A stretch of 64,000 nt of DNA from Octopus sinensis (lineage: Eukaryota): the NCBI RefSeq assembly GCF_006345805.1, contig NC_042997.1, positions 21,576,001 to 21,640,000 on the forward strand, read 5' to 3'. The position numbers were made by a program, and so were the translations under genes. Under the pieces are notes generated by a model that ran no database searches, had not been told where the DNA came from, and was given only the letters and a program-made list of their open reading frames with translations. Shown one piece after another: positions 1 through 14,187 of the stretch. How positions within the stretch are numbered: position 1 is the stretch's first letter; every line of letters begins with the position of its first letter.

Positions 1-1129
1 GAAGAGGTAATTGTACATTGCCGAGAAAGACGCTCTTAGATATCGAATGCAGCCACTGAGGATAAGGGATAAGGAAATGAGAGCCTGATATCCTCATCAG
101 TACAGCCCTGAAGATTTTTCTGAGATATCAGATACAGTCACTGGAAGGGATGTTCCCATCTCTGCATGCTTAAATTAAACGTTCAACTAATTCATAGAGT
201 ATTCAGCTAGTTTTATTCTAATTAAGGCTTTAAATACTTTTAGAATACTTCTTATATATGAAAGCGCAGGCTTCCAAATATTTCTGTAATACATCGAAGG
301 TCTTGAATGATGATACGCGAAGAAATTCAGTAAAAAGGCAGAAATGTAGAAAAGGTAGAAAGAGAGTGAGAGTAAAATAATATATGTAATTCTACTTTTG
401 TGTAACCTTTCGTTTTATACAATATATATTCATATATTTTATATATTACTGACATGGAATATTCCCCTCAGTATCTTTTTACATATAAAAGCTAAAAGAC
501 TGCAATGTTATCTAAATTTTAATTTAGCGAGACTGGATTAATTTGAAGTAAAATCCTTACCTAACAATATTAAATAGCATCTCGTCTGATGTAATATCCA
601 CTTTCTTGATTATTCTATTGTGTTCAGCAAATTTGAACTATCGATCTAAATTCCAATAATTCTTATTTATTTTCAGGGCTTTTAGGCTACCCGCTCACAG
701 TTTTACAGTTGCCCAGCAGATGGTTATCGAAGGTAATTTCTTTTTTTTTCAGCTTTAACTGCATTTCTAATCCATTTACATATTTCTTTACTCCTGTGTT
801 TTAGAAACTACAAGGGCCATGAAGCTTTAAAATATTCAACAATAATAATATTGTCGTGTTTTTTAAATCCCAGATTTGTTTTGAGAGTGCATATCTACGA
901 CCGAAGACCAAACCATACATATTAAGACGGAAGAGTGTAGTTTAAGGGATATTTGGCAAGAATTTCTAATAAAATCGTGCAACTACACTGAGGTCCCGTC
1001 ATTACCTCGAAATATTTGTTGGTTGCGGTGGTAGTGAATTTGTGTAATATGAGATCAGCCCTGATCGAGCTCTACGCAGATAGTCAACCGAAGGACAAGT
1101 CGCGTCTCACAGATCCCTGTTCCCAGTTA

Positions 1130-2215
1130 TGTCTTGTTTCCATCAATACTTCGATATGTTATAATAATTATATAGAGAGTGCGATCTGACCATCTTCCTA
1201 TATTGCACTCTCTCTGCTGACAAGCCAATATTTGTATACTCAGATTTTGATGACAGCAACAACGAAGGAGAGCGGGCCATGTAAACCTGGTCAGAATATT
1301 CTTATTCAGCTATTGTTGGTGAGGTGTATCTCAGGATTGCATGAGCAGCCAGTGATGCAATTGACATTATAGTTATACCTGTGTATATGTGGTGTAATGT
1401 TTTTCTAAGTGGAAGAGATGGTGTTTTGACATATAATTGTTCTAATTTTCCAAACATTATGTACGACCTGGATTTTCGAAGCTAGTTATTCATGTAATGG
1501 GGAATAAAATGGAGCTTGAAGTATGCTACATTGTTCCTTTTGTGGTCCAGGTGGTTCTTCGTTTTTTGTACTTTTCGTTTTGTAATTGGTTTGTAGATGC
1601 TGTCAGTGTACAGCTAACGATGCGTAGCGCACAATTTTGTGTTCTTTATATTTACTGTGGATTATTGTGAAGATACAATATTGCTTGTCCCTCATTGTCG
1701 ATTATGTTATGTGAATTTATGAGTCGTTTTGCTTTCATTATTACGTTTTCTATATAAGGCGGCGAGCTGCTAGAATCGTTAGCTCGCCGGACAAAATGCA
1801 TAACGACATTCCATCCGTCTTTACGTTCGAGTTCAAAATTCGCTGTGGTCGACTTTTCCTTTTATCCTTTCATGGTCGACAAAATAAATACCAGTTGGAT
1901 ATGGAGTCGATGTAATTGACTAACCCCTTTCCCCTAAAACATTATTGTATCTTGTATCAAAACCTGAAGCAATTATGGTTTCTATAAGTGTTGTTGAAGA
2001 CGTGATGGCTTCTATGTAACTCTTAACAGTTTTGTTTTCTGAGTGAATGTGAGTGTAATATTTGAGAACCAGGATGGTTGTATTATATTCGATGTAAACT
2101 GGCGTTGCTGGTAAGAAAGAAAATAATACATTTGATAGGTACTACATTAAGTCTGTTTTGAGGAACCAAATTTCTATATGATTCGAATATTGTTGGAGTA
2201 CTCGCGTTGCAGTTT
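1130..2215 (-). mobile_element. Heavily degraded Penelope-like element (RT C-terminus to GIY-YIG), interrupted by a SINE
   Basis: Hand translation of the minus strand gives broken motifs that parallel the near-intact PLE at 37-38 kb (N..P.YI..E.NHP..LKNI near 2050-2130; Y-T-G-I-T and a Cys-containing end near 1150-1400). Many stops and frameshifts. Confidence 0.4.
1757..1965 (+). mobile_element. SINE, abundant ggcggcgagctggcagaatcgttagc family
   Basis: Matches the other copies in the window (17.8, 26.3, 27.5, 47.3, 56.2, 61.6 kb): head, gagttcaaat B-box-like motif and gtcgactttgcctttcatcc core. Confidence 0.8.
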
Positions 2216-2233
2216 CTAATAATAGTTAAATAT

Positions 2234-2396
2234 AGGCGTAGGAATGGCTGTGTGGTAAGTAGCTTGCTTACGAACTACATGGTTCCAGGTCCAGTCCCAC
2301 TGCGGGGCACCTTGGGAAAGTGTCTTCTACTATAGCCTCGGGCCGACCAAAGCCTTGTGAGTAGATTTCGTAGACGGAAAGTGAAAGAAGCCCGTC

Positions 2397-2448
<52 letters not shown>

Positions 2449-2675
2449 GTGTATATGTTTGTGTATTTGTGTTTGTCCCCTCCCCCCAGCATCGCTTGAC
2501 AACGGATGCTGGTGTGTTTACGTCCCTGTAACTTAGCGGTTCGGCAAAAAGAGACCGATAGAATAAGTACTAGGCTTACAAAGAATAAGTCCTGGGGTCG
2601 ACTTGCTCGACTAAAAGCGGTGCTCCGGCATGGCCACTGTCAAATGACTGAAACAAGTAAAAGAGTAAAAGAGAA
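2234..2675 (+). mobile_element. tRNA-derived SINE with internal (TA)n and gtaaaaga-type tail
   Basis: tggctgtgtggtaag A-box-like head, caccttgggaaagtgtcttctactatagc core and aatgactgaaacaagtaaaagagtaaaagag tail. Related copies at 12950, 17470 and 57420. Confidence 0.8.
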
Positions 2676-3039
2676 TATGATCGTAATGTTATCTGCCAAT
2701 AAGGCTGTCTATGTTAAACAGAGGAATGAAGTGGTTTCTTGAAAGAAGGGTAAGAGAACGTTTGTATGTCATACATATTCAGGAAGTGTTGTTCTTTTCT
2801 ACAACATAAATTTGGCGACCAGCATTTAGTGTTGTTCCTTCAACAGATGCTGAGTATTTTTTATTTAAGCATGCAGCGAAAAATGGAGTCTATGGTTTCT
2901 AGAATGGCATGTATTGGGACTCTTTTATCGTTGATGCCGTCATATATTTTCCACGTTGGGTTTGTATGTAGCATGACGGTTGAGAGTATATATAATTTCA
3001 ATGATAAAGGGAGGGCTGCAACATCCCAGATATTTGTGC

Positions 3040-3093
<54 letters not shown>

Positions 3094-3189
3094 ACGCGTG
3101 TGTACGTGTGTGTGTATGTGTGTGTTCGTACGCAAAGAATGCTACAAGTACTTTGGTATTGATGGAAATACATCATACCAAGGTACTTT

Positions 3190-4350
3190 GAATAAACTTA
3201 GAGTGTTCCATGAATATTAAACCAGACTAAGAAACATATGGTAGTCCGAACTCTCCTCTTACAACAAGACAATACCCTGCAATGCCTTTACAGTTCTGAT
3301 TCCAAAATTTGGGATACTTGACTGGTCTGTTGAAGAAATCCACTCCGTAGATATTAAAACCCGCAAGATTCTAACATTAACTGAAAATATCCACAAAAAT
3401 AGTGATATCAACAGCTTTACATAATAAGTAATAAAGGAGGAAAAGGCTTGAGATCAGCGTGGACAGCCTTCTAATGTTGCATAGTCTGTCTTAGTCAACA
3501 CTTGTAAATAACAGCTGCAGTAATTGTAAACAGCAGCAGCTGCAACCGTTCAGGAATTTGGGCCTGGAGATCTCCATTTCCAGCGACTTCGAGGGCCACC
3601 ACCCAGCAGTGTCGGGCGTCAACGAAGAGCCCTCGACTACAACAAGACAACCAAAGTTTTTTTTTTTCCAAGGTCTGGGGTCACCCGCCCCTAAAACCCT
3701 AGACCATCACCTAATCACCATTACCCGCCTTGTTTCTTAACAACAACAACAACAACAACACTAGCATCAGTAACAAACGTAAATGCATTAACTTAATGCT
3801 GAAAAGTGAAGAAAACAATATCCTACGTGTTGGAAGTGAGCCACTCAGGAAGTACTCTCTTCCTGATGACCTCCCATACAACCCCAAATCAGCCGGACAT
3901 GCATACCTCAAAGAAGATCTGAAAGTGAAACACTCAGCATGCCAAAACAAAAGATCATGCATGGGTGTTTCTCGCAGACTTGAAGAAGATAGTAACATTG
4001 ACATGAAGCGAAGCCTCTCTTGGACTCATGACCGCTGTATTACATCACACTTCGAAGGTTATGCATTTGCAATCCAAAAACAGGAGATTGCTACAAAATG
4101 CCTAATCAACAAAAGAGACAGTGAAGCCTTCGTAGTTCCAAGATGCAACCGTCAATGTAGATAATGTCATACTTCTGTTGAAGTCATCACATGGGTGATT
4201 AGTAGCTGCCCAAAAATGTCATCAAGATTCTTTAGATGTTTCGATGCATAAACTTGAGTGCGGATCAAATCATCTAAAGAATCCCAGATTGAGAATATGT
4301 TCAACCAACTACTACAAATTTACAAACTCCATGAACTTCAACTCAAAAAG
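3190..4350 (+). mobile_element. Degraded Dong/R4-clade non-LTR retrotransposon fragment (post-RT region and Cys/His region), interrupted at about 3520-3760
   Basis: Translation gives SELSSYNK...FGILDWSVEEI..VDIKTRKIL at 3250-3380 and ITSHFEGYAFAIQKQEIATK..CNRQCR*CH..E.I.WVISSCPKMS (ORF 3730-4164). These are homologous to the Dong element at 52.6-55.1 kb. Confidence 0.7.
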
Positions 4351-4441
4351 TCTTGCCGCTTTGTTACCGACCGGTTATCTCTTATGAACAACTTACAACT
4401 CAAATAAAATGCATATGTGCAAGTCCGTATATGAGCATGCA

Positions 4442-4541
4442 NNNNNNNNNNNNNNNNNNNNNNNNNNNNNNNNNNNNNNNNNNNNNNNNNNNNNNNNNNN
4501 NNNNNNNNNNNNNNNNNNNNNNNNNNNNNNNNNNNNNNNNN
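4442..4541. other. Scaffold gap (100 N)
   Basis: Run of N. Confidence 1.
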
Positions 4542-4960
4542 TTTTCTGTTGCAGAGTTAAGAGGAGTGCCTTCACTCCTCTCACTTTGCATTCTGTGCAT
4601 TGGTACAGTGTTCTGTTGAAAGCTGTAGTTATAACATACAACAATACATCAGCACACAGAACAAATTTAATGAGTAGTTTTTCTTTTAGACTTCTCTGTC
4701 TGTCAAACTGTTTAGTGTTCAAAGCACAGCAGTTCTACTTATTCTATACTGACATACATAATTTCATAGTTGAACAGTCAATATATCAGTGTAACTTTAT
4801 AATTGGACAAGTCCATTGCTGTCAGGCAAGGGATATCACGAATAGGAAAGAATGGGTCCATAAGTAACTTGTGTAGTTCTTTAGTTTCAAGTCAGCTCTG
4901 ATTTTAACAATACTGTCCTTCATTTGGTCTCTATACTGTCTCTACATGTCTAAATTGTGG

Positions 4961-5266
4961 GTGCGTGGCTTAGTGGTTAGGGCATTCGGCTCATGATCGT
5001 AAGGTTGTGAGTTCGATTCCCGGCAACGTGTTGTGTCCTTGAGCAAGACATTTTATTTCACGTTACTCCAGTCCACTCAGCTGGCAAAAATAAGTTGTAC
5101 CTGTATTTCAAAAGGGCCAGCCTTGTCACACTGAATCTCCTTGCGAACTACATTAAGGGTACACATGTCTGTGGATTGCTCAGTCACTTGCACGTTAATT
5201 TCATGAGCAAGCTGTTCCGTTGATCGTATCAGCTGGGACCCTCGTCGTCGTAATCGACAGAGTGCT
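4961..5266 (+). mobile_element. tRNA-derived SINE
   Basis: A box tggcttagtgg, B box gttcgattcc, followed by the gtgtccttgagcaagac...ctccagtccactcagctg core. Confidence 0.8.
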
Positions 5267-7834
5267 CCTACATATCTAAATTGTCCATTGTTCCAATTAA
5301 ATGACCAGCAATGTACAGGTCTAGTGTGTGGATAGTGTAGAGATGTAATGGAGAGGCATATTGCAGAGATGGAAAAGCAATGTAGAGATAGAATGAGGGA
5401 CACTGTTCCACAATTGCATCCTTAAAATGTCTTTCATTCCATTTCCACATTGATCCTCAATTTCATCTCTACTGTGTTGTTTCATGCCACTCAGCACTGT
5501 TCCCTATTCCATCTCTTCTTCATTCTCCACACAATTTCTTCACTTTCCTTCCTTCTACCTCCATACTGTCCCTCTCTTTATCTCTACAGTGTTCCTCACT
5601 CCTGACTCCATGTTGATTCTCAGTTTATCCCTACAGTCCATCCAGCCATCAATCCATCCATTCATCTGTCTGTCTGCCTATCCATCTCTCTCTCTATCTA
5701 TCTATTGTTTTTTTTTTCTTTTTTATGATCCCTTTTGATCGAAAACCTACCCCACTTCTTTTTTTTTCCTCCCCAAAAAGAAAAGCTCTACTTTGTAATT
5801 TGTCCCCTCTGTGTGGTTAATAAAGAAGCATATCTATCTATTTATCTACACAGTTCTCACTCCATCTCCATTGTGTCTCCACTCCGATCTCTATATTAAT
5901 TCTCACTCCATCCCTAAAGCCACTCTCTGTCTATGTCTGTGGTCTCTCTTTCTTTCCCAACATTATCCTTCACTCCATCCCTTCATTACCGTCTCTCCAT
6001 CTCCACATTATTCCTTACTCAATCTCAACACTATTATCAACTTTCTCTCTTCATTCTCAGTACTGGAGCTTACCTTAAAACTAGAGTGTGAACAGCATAT
6101 CTTTCTTTGAAATGTGGAGGAGGATTTGATGCAGGTGTTTAATCGATATGAAGTTTAAAGTGAAATTGGTGCACTGGAGGGGGAGGAGAAAGAGAGAGAG
6201 AGCGAGAGAGATAGAGGAGAGACAGGCAGATAAAAAGATTAAAAGTACTAAAATGAGTGACAGATATGATGTCTATTACAGAGACGAGAGATAGAAAGCA
6301 GGGAGGAAAGATGTAAACAAGCAGTTCCTGACAAAGAAAGTTCTTTATTGGAAATATGATAAAACAGAAATATGATATACACAAAGGTAAATATGGGTAT
6401 TTAGGAGTTTCTCATTCTCTTCTAATATAAATACATGTGAAAAGAAATAATGATGAGGTTATTTTATATAGTGCTCAAGCACACTACAACTCATCAGAAA
6501 AGGTTAAAAGAAGTGACAGATAGCAGATGTATAAGTCAAGTAAAGAAAGAAGCCACATAAGCTAGAAGTACATGTACAGTTTACAGAATGAATCAAGATA
6601 GAAAAGTGAACATTAACATTAAAATGTTATTTCCTTTAGTTTTAAGCCACATTGATTTCTCACAATATTCAATCCATATTACCAAAACTTGAAGCTGTAC
6701 AACTTCTAACATCAAGAAAACATATCTTTCTCTCATTCTGTTACCTATTTTTTAAATCTTCACTGAAATTTTACTAAAATCAGCAACAATTTTATCAAGT
6801 TTCAATAAATTAATGAATAAAAATTAAAATGTTTCCTTCAGATTCAATATGCTAAATTCTGAATAAGGCAGATTAACAGACTAACAGACAGACTGACAAA
6901 CAAACTAGTACTGACATATGAAAGATCATTTTTAGACATTTAATTCAATAATGTAATCTTGTCTAGATAGCTTAATGAGAATTTCGTGCTGTTCTGTTTA
7001 TGATATGAAGTTTAAGGAAGTAGTTAAAACAGATTCAACCTGTTTATGATAAATGTCTCCTCTTATTTTTATTTTCTTACTTTAACAGCAAATCTGTGGT
7101 TTAGACATTAAAAAGAAAAAAAGGAAAAAGAAGAAATGTGAACATAAAATGCTATTGCATGGTGATTGTTCCTTCATAGAATTTAATGTTGTATTCTCTA
7201 ATTGCTCACCTTATGCCACTAAGTCATAACACAGACAGACACACACACACACACCAGGCATTCAATAGAGTTTCGTTATTTAGTAAGGTTGAAGTTTCAA
7301 TGTGTCATTCTGCAGGAATGTTCATATATAATTATCAAGTAAAACTTCCTAGTAACACCACTAATTGATTGGTTGAGTTTTATCTTGTTATTATAAACAC
7401 AAATATAAACTAACACATTGATTCTCAAACTAACAAATACCAGGTTTCTTACTCCTCCACTGTCCCACAAAAGTATCAGTGAAATTTCCAGCAGTCCCTG
7501 GCCCACCATCGCTATGTATTAATGTAAAGATAAAACAGAGTTTGCATCTGTATAATTTTTCTTTTTTTGCCATTGTGTTGTAAAAATTAGAAAATTTAAA
7601 AACATCTTAATTTTATTAAACATGGCAATTTGTTTGTCCCCTTTTCAATTTTCCTTCACAGACTCCCTTTCAATCTGCTTTCTCTTTAATCCTCAATGAA
7701 AACAGTGAAATATCATGACACGACACCAATTCTTCTTTTACCTCACTTTCTCTTGACTCAGACTTATTACAAGTCAACAAGGAAGCCTCTATAGGAAAAG
7801 ACCCATCGAACTAAATAGAATGGGTCATCTCAAG

Positions 7835-8036
7835 TACTGCAAATCACTAATTGTCTTGGTCCCTTGAAATCTCCTCTATGAAGCTCAACTTCTTTAGATC
7901 ATTCATCATTACTTTGTCCCATATCTTCCTGGGTCTTCCTCTTCCACAGGTTCTCTCCCCATTTAGAGATCAGCACTTCTTTATGCAGATGCCTTCATCT
8001 GTGTGCATCACATGACCATACCAGCACAGTCACTCA
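7835..8036 (-). mobile_element. RTE LINE 3' coding fragment
   Basis: Homologous to 9670-9860 and 22980-23160 (WYGHV..., GRGRPRKTW motif). Confidence 0.65.
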
Positions 8037-9053
8037 AAATGAAAATCTTAAGGTATTTTATCAAATTATAATTATTTTTAAAGATCCAACTCTGTATTTG
8101 AAGGACCAGTGTATGTAGATCAGCTTGTACAGAGGAGAGGTAATTGAAATAAATAGAAGGGTTCCAATAGTTAGTATTTTCTCTTTCTTTGCTAGCCAAC
8201 ATATTTGAGACATTTATAAGGTCAACCATGGAAGACATGATAAATTATACAGCAAATTTGAATGGGTGGACCTATTCACTATAAATCCTGATCTTATTTT
8301 AAACCAAATCTAAAAACACAAAGCTTAAATGCTATGACATTATGTGAATTCACTAATATATAGAATTGTTACATAAACAACTAAAATGTCCAAGTTAAAT
8401 ATTATCTTCTGATATCTCCTGATACCCAACCTTAGTATAATGTAAATTTATATTTGTGTTCTAACATTGAAAATGTGATTCTGTTAACTTAAATTTATTA
8501 TTTGTGCTGTAGTTTTGCTTTTGGCCTAAGGTTAAAATAAAAACTGCACATTATAAAATGTTTCTTATTTAAGAATCCTGATTTAAATTAATGAGGATGG
8601 TTAACATTGCGGTGTCTGAAAGATTTTAGTAGTAACCTGGTTCATTTGACCGAATGAGGGAAAGCTCAATTATTGTATGATGAGTTAGAGAAATAGAATA
8701 GCATATCTCTAACAAAAATGGAATAGCAAATCTCTAGCAAAAATGAAGCCTGCCCATTTACCATTGCTATTCAATTTGATAACTGTAATTTGTTTAATTT
8801 AAAGAGTTGGAAATCTGAGTGTGGCCTCCATCAGCCAAGGTTGATCATGCATCTGCACATGTATGTACATGGCTGGATAAGATTTTTTGAGGAAGACTAG
8901 CAGTGGCCCATACATGTAAGTCTTACCTTTCAGTACTACTAATATTTATCTAAGGGAAATGACACCAGCTTGGGCTGAAACAGCCTGGCACCAGTATCAC
9001 TGCATATATGAATAAATATAAATATATAAAAATTATATAAATAAATATGTAAA

Positions 9054-10530
9054 TCATCATCATCAGCATCATTTAATGCTTGTTTTCCATGCTGGCATAG
9101 GTTGGATGGTTTGACTGGGGACTGGCAAGCCAGGAGGTCACACTAGGCTCCAATCTCAGTTGGTAATGTTTCTACAGCTGGATGCCCTTCCTAACGCCAA
9201 CTACTCTAAGAGTGTAGTGGGTACTTTTTATATGCCACCAGCATGGGAGCCAGTCAGCGGCACTAGTATTGGCTACATTCAGATGGTGTTTTTTATGTCC
9301 CACCAACACAGGAGCCAGTCGGGGCAGGGCCTGGCACTGACCATGTTCGGATAGTGTTTTTTATGTACCACTGGCACAGGGAGCCAGTCAAGCAGATCTG
9401 GCAATGACACATGCATGCATGGTGTTTATTGCATGCCACCAGCACAGGATCCAGTCAGGTGGCACTGGTATCAGCCACAACTACAATTGCCATTTGATTG
9501 TGATTTTATTTGATTTGATTTTGATTTTGGTTTTGATTTACTTGACTCAATAGGTCTCAAGTAGGGCAGGTCACCTGATGATTCAAAGGTACTTTTTTAA
9601 GTGGGCTGGTTATGTGATACTGGTGTAGGCTATGGCTGTGATCTCACTTTACTTGCGGGTCTTCTCAATCATAGCATATCTCCAGAGGTCTCAGTCTTTC
9701 GTCATTACCTCTGTGAGGCCCAACATTTGAAAGGTCATGCTTCACCACCTCATCCCATGTCTTCCTGGGTCTACCTCTTCCATAGGTTCCTTCCACTGTT
9801 AGGGAGTGACACTTCTTCACACAGCTCTCCTCACCCATATGTAGCACATGACCATACCAGTGCAGGTGTCAATCTTGCACACCACATCTGATGCTTCTTA
9901 ATTCCAACATTTCTCTCAGGGCACTTACACTGTCGTGTGGGCATACTGACATTACACATCTAGCTGATCATACTAGCTTCATTTCTTTCGAGCTTACACA
10001 TGTCTTCAGCTGTCACAGCCCATGTTTCACTGCTGCGTAGCATGGCAGTTCAAACACATGCATCATACAATCTACTTTTCACTCTGAGCGAGTCACCAGC
10101 AGAGGTAGGAGCTTTCTGAACTTTGCCCAGGCTATTCTTATTCTAGTGGCAATGCTTTCTGAGCATCCACCCTCACTACAGCTTTGGTCACCAAGGTAGT
10201 GGAAGCTATCAACTACTTCTAGTTTCTCCCCCTGGAATGTGATGGAATCAGTTCTGAACATCTGCAGTGTTTATTGCCCCTGTGCATCTGCCATACACAA
10301 AAGCCATCTTCCCAGTTAGCCTTCCTTTGATGTTACTGCACCTCTTATGCATCCATAGCTTACACTGGGTACATCTTATGGAGTTTCTACCTACACCTTT
10401 TCTACAGATCAAGCAGGGCCATCTACCTGAAAGGGTTTGTGATGTGTTCACCTTCCTACTTACTAGGACTTTGGTTTTTGCAACATTGATTCTAAAACCC
10501 TTCGATTCTAAACCTTGCTTCCACACCTGA
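9054..10530 (-). mobile_element. 5'-truncated RTE LINE (post-RT zinc-finger region, C-terminus, 3'UTR, (TGA)n tail)
   Basis: ORFs 10248-10526 (WKQGLESKGFRINVAKTK; CLIC..GVGRNSIRCTQCKLWMHKRC), 10079-10261 (LEVVDSFHYLGD) and 9665-9847 (GRGRPRKTWDEVVKHDL). catcat tail at 9054. Confidence 0.85.
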
Positions 10531-11946
10531 AATTTCTTCTATAGTATTGTTAAATATTAAATATAAATAAATATGACTTAAATTAAGAACTGGGGGTCAA
10601 TCTGTTTAGCTAAAGCCTTCAAGGTAGAATCCCAGCTGAGCTTCGGTCTAATGACTGAAATGAGTAAAAGATGAAGATAAAAGATAAATTCCTTACTTTA
10701 CTATTAAAATATAGAAGACATCAATATGATTCTAACCAATCTTAAATGGTTTTTTATCTCCGTATTTCAACAACAATTAGTGGAACATCAATAGTTTTTC
10801 TGCACTCACAAGCATTTGTATAAATTTGTCTGTTTTTACTGAGGGGCTACACTAATTTTCTATGTATTGTTCCAGTTTTATTACATGTGTACTGCCAAAA
10901 ATTTATACATTTTTGGACGCTGGCCAAATTCTTTAGACACATGAAATTATTATTAAAAAAGAAATTTTAAAACCTTATGTAACTTCTTCAAGGACCGTGA
11001 ATCAATATGATGGTAAACTTAACTATTCAACAAACAGATATTGATCAAATGACTAAAATTCTTGATGATAGAAGCCAAAAAAGGAGATATATGTGAACAA
11101 CAACATAATGTCTATGATGATAAATTTTCTGTGAGAAATGTGGAGAAGTAGTCACCTACATATATATATTTATATATATATCATTCAACTATGGTAGTAG
11201 TTGAATAATATTCTTAAGGCCACATGCAGAATCTTTTAGAGATTGTCACTAATTCAGTTCTTAACTAAATTGAAATCTCTTAACAGTTTTGAAGAGGACT
11301 GGTCCTTAGCTACATTTTGGCATAAAAAATTGAAATTTGATCTGGTAGAAAAAAGTTTACATCAAAATTTGTAGCAATGTTATAAGAGAGGAAGTAACAC
11401 CACCAATCAAGTTTAGATCTAAATAACTTTTTTATTTTAAAACCAAAATATATTTCCCTTAGTTTCAATGATAGAAGAAAGCATGAAGAATTTCATAATT
11501 TTGGTCCCATGCAACAAAAATTTGTATCAAAAAAGTTGTGAGGTAAAACATCATAAGAAAATATATGTAAGGCAAAAAACTGGATTTAAGTATAATCAAC
11601 TTTTTCATTTTAAAAACAAACTATATTTTAATAGAGCTCAATTCTAGGAATTTCATGGTATCAATCTCATGTAATGAGGTTTTAAAAGAAAAATGTTATG
11701 AGTGTTTGTTTCTCAAATTTGAGGGTGATAATATAGTTCTATACTTTTTTATGAATATAGCTCCATAAGGGGACTTTTAATATGTCACTGGTGTCATTGA
11801 GGTAAGGAAAAATTTATCAAACTGAAAATGGCTCTGAAAATATGGTAAATATTTCATAAAAGACCCGTTCATAACTTCGGTGTGAAATAATTTTTTCCAT
11901 AGGATTTTTTTGAGTGCATTCAACCCATCTCACCGCCAAAGGTTTA

Positions 11947-12047
11947 GCTGCTATTTCTAGCACGCCTTGGTACCATGTAACAGCTATTTGCAATAAAGGA
12001 TCCAAAATAGCTGTTACATGGTAGCAGGGCGTGCAAGAAATAGCAGC
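11947..12047. repeat. Inverted repeat: 43-bp stem, 15-nt loop
   Basis: gctgctatttctagcacgccttggtaccatgtaacagctattt pairs with aaatagctgttacatggtagcagggcgtgcaagaaatagcagc, with 3 mismatches. Confidence 0.85.
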
Positions 12048-12546
12048 CAGATCTTACCTTTTTGTGGAAAGGTGCCGTTTATGTGTGATTTCAATGTCAC
12101 ATTCGAAAATAGCCAAGCCAGCATATAATGGGAAAAATGCTTTGAAAGTAATGTACCACTGAAATGTGAATACACAACAAAAGTTTTGCATAAATTGGAC
12201 CGTGGATTTCTGAGATACATGGTTTTTTTGGGTACCTTGAACTATTGGTGACCCAACATGTCACAAGTAGTCTAGTATATATATATATATATATATATAT
12301 AAATGAAAAATAGGATAAAATATTTATAAGAATTTATCAAGTAGTTAGCGTGAAAAACCTCATAAGGGAAAAATTTAAGTATTCCTTTTAAATATATTTA
12401 TTTATATTAAGGGCATTACTATACATAAATGCCTCAGGCTAGGAGGGACTCTTAAAGTCAAAACTAACATAATAAACATTATTATAGTAGTTTTGACTTT
12501 AAGAGTCCCGCCTAGCGTGATGCCTTTATGTATAGTAATGCCCTTA

Positions 12547-12589
<43 letters not shown>

Positions 12590-12949
12590 CATAATTACTG
12601 ACACTATCATCATCATTTAACATCCATTTTCCATGATGCTGCTGATGTCAATAATCATCATCACACACACACACACACATGACCTTGATGTGTGAAATTG
12701 GTTGACTGAGCAAAGCATGATAAATCTAGATTACTAGTTAAAAGTTATACTGAGCTAGATTTCAACCCTCCTCCTCATCATCGTCGTCATCACCACCACC
12801 ACCGTCGTCATCATTTTATGTCTGGCATGAGTTGGGTAGTTGACTAAGTACAACCATTTATATCTTCCATCAAAACCTGTGGTTTTGTGCATATGTTAGA
12901 ATTCAGTAATTTATTTATATATTTTTTTTGAAACAAATTATTGATTACA

Positions 12950-13347
12950 GGCATAAACATGGCTGTGTGGTGAAGAAGTTCATTTCCAAACATGTAGTTT
13001 TGAGTTCAATTCCACAATGTTGCACCTTGGGTAAATGTTTCTACTATAGCTCTAGGTTGATCACACCTTTGAGAGTAGGTTTGGTAGACAGAAACTGAAA
13101 GGAAGGGCTTAAGCACCAACTGATCGTGGCCATTGCCAGCCTCGCCTGGCACCTGTGCCGGTGGCACATAAAAAGCACCCACTACACTCATGGAGTGGTT
13201 GGCATTAGGAAGGGCATCCAGCCGTAGAAACACTGCCAGATCAGATTGGATCCTGGTGCAGCCTCCCAGCTTCCCAGACCCCGGTCGAACCGTCCAACCC
13301 ATGCTAGCATGGAAAACGGACATTAAACGATGATGATGATGATGATG
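12950..13347 (+). mobile_element. Degraded SINE followed by an RTE 3'UTR fragment ending in (TGA)n
   Basis: ggctgtgtgg..caccttgggtaaatg SINE head and core. gttggcattaggaagggcatccagc...atgatgatg is the RTE 3' end. Confidence 0.7.
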
Positions 13348-14187
13348 AAATATTTGCATACATCTGCATATGCACGTAAATATTACAATCGCGTTTGCTG
13401 CAGTATTTGCATTACAATTACAAAAATTTGCATTTCTTATTTAAACTGTTCAATTTCTCATGCTCTTTCACCTTCTTTTTGTTTCTCTCTTTCTCTGCAA
13501 CCCCCCCCCATCACACTGGCTATATAGTTTCTCTTTTGTCTGTAAACAAACAGTTCATTCATATGGTGTCATTTATTTCCACCATGCCCAGGCTGCTTCT
13601 TGTTTAATAAACTGAGAGATTATTATCACATTTGGAAACAGGTTGGAGTTGGTATCAGGAAGGGCATCCGAATGTGCACAACTTTGCTCCAACATATGCT
13701 CATCTGACCCATGCAAGCATAAAAAAGTTGACATTAAAACAGTGATAATGATGATGGTAATGATGATGATGATGATGATGATGATGATGTAGCTTAGACA
13801 TCTACAAATGCTCGTAAATATTACAATGATGTTCACTGTAATATTTGCATTTCTTATTTAAACTGTTCAACTTCTCACACATTTTCACTTACTTTTTTTT
13901 TTACTTTATCTGCCTCCACCCCCACCCCAACACAATCTTCATATTTTCTCATTTGTCTCTCCCTGAACTGTGAGGTCAAGCTATTGCTCATTGATTAGCA
14001 AATAGCCCCATTGTTTTGTTACATGCAATTCTTTATTCTATGAAATAAGTACAATAATATATCAGACAACAGACTCTATCTCTATTCTTGCAGCGTTCAA
14101 CCAATCATTATAACTTTTCCCTCCACTTACAACTGACCATATAAGGAGTTACAAACAGTATTAATTTGAACCATCAAGAGAGCCTCT

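Noticed and set aside
2268-3191. ORFs rich in YI, CV or HT
   Set aside because: Translations of (TA)n and (GT)n microsatellites. The same applies at 28.1-28.4, 35.4-35.7, 39.1-39.6, 44.0-44.5 and 48.4-48.7 kb.
4555-4602. Possible exon encoding LRGVPSLLSLCILCI (BC-box/SOCS-like)
   Set aside because: Only 48 nt, weak donor, next to a gap, and no supporting neighbouring exons.
4961-5035. tRNA-like A and B boxes (also 2234, 18800, 28421)
   Set aside because: These are SINE heads: no cloverleaf, and they run into SINE cores. Not tRNA genes.
8084-8285. Two in-frame exon candidates (SNSVFEGPVYVDQLVQRR and ANIFETFIRSTMEDMINY)
   Set aside because: The implied intron is only 56 nt and the peptide is unrecognised, so chance is likely.
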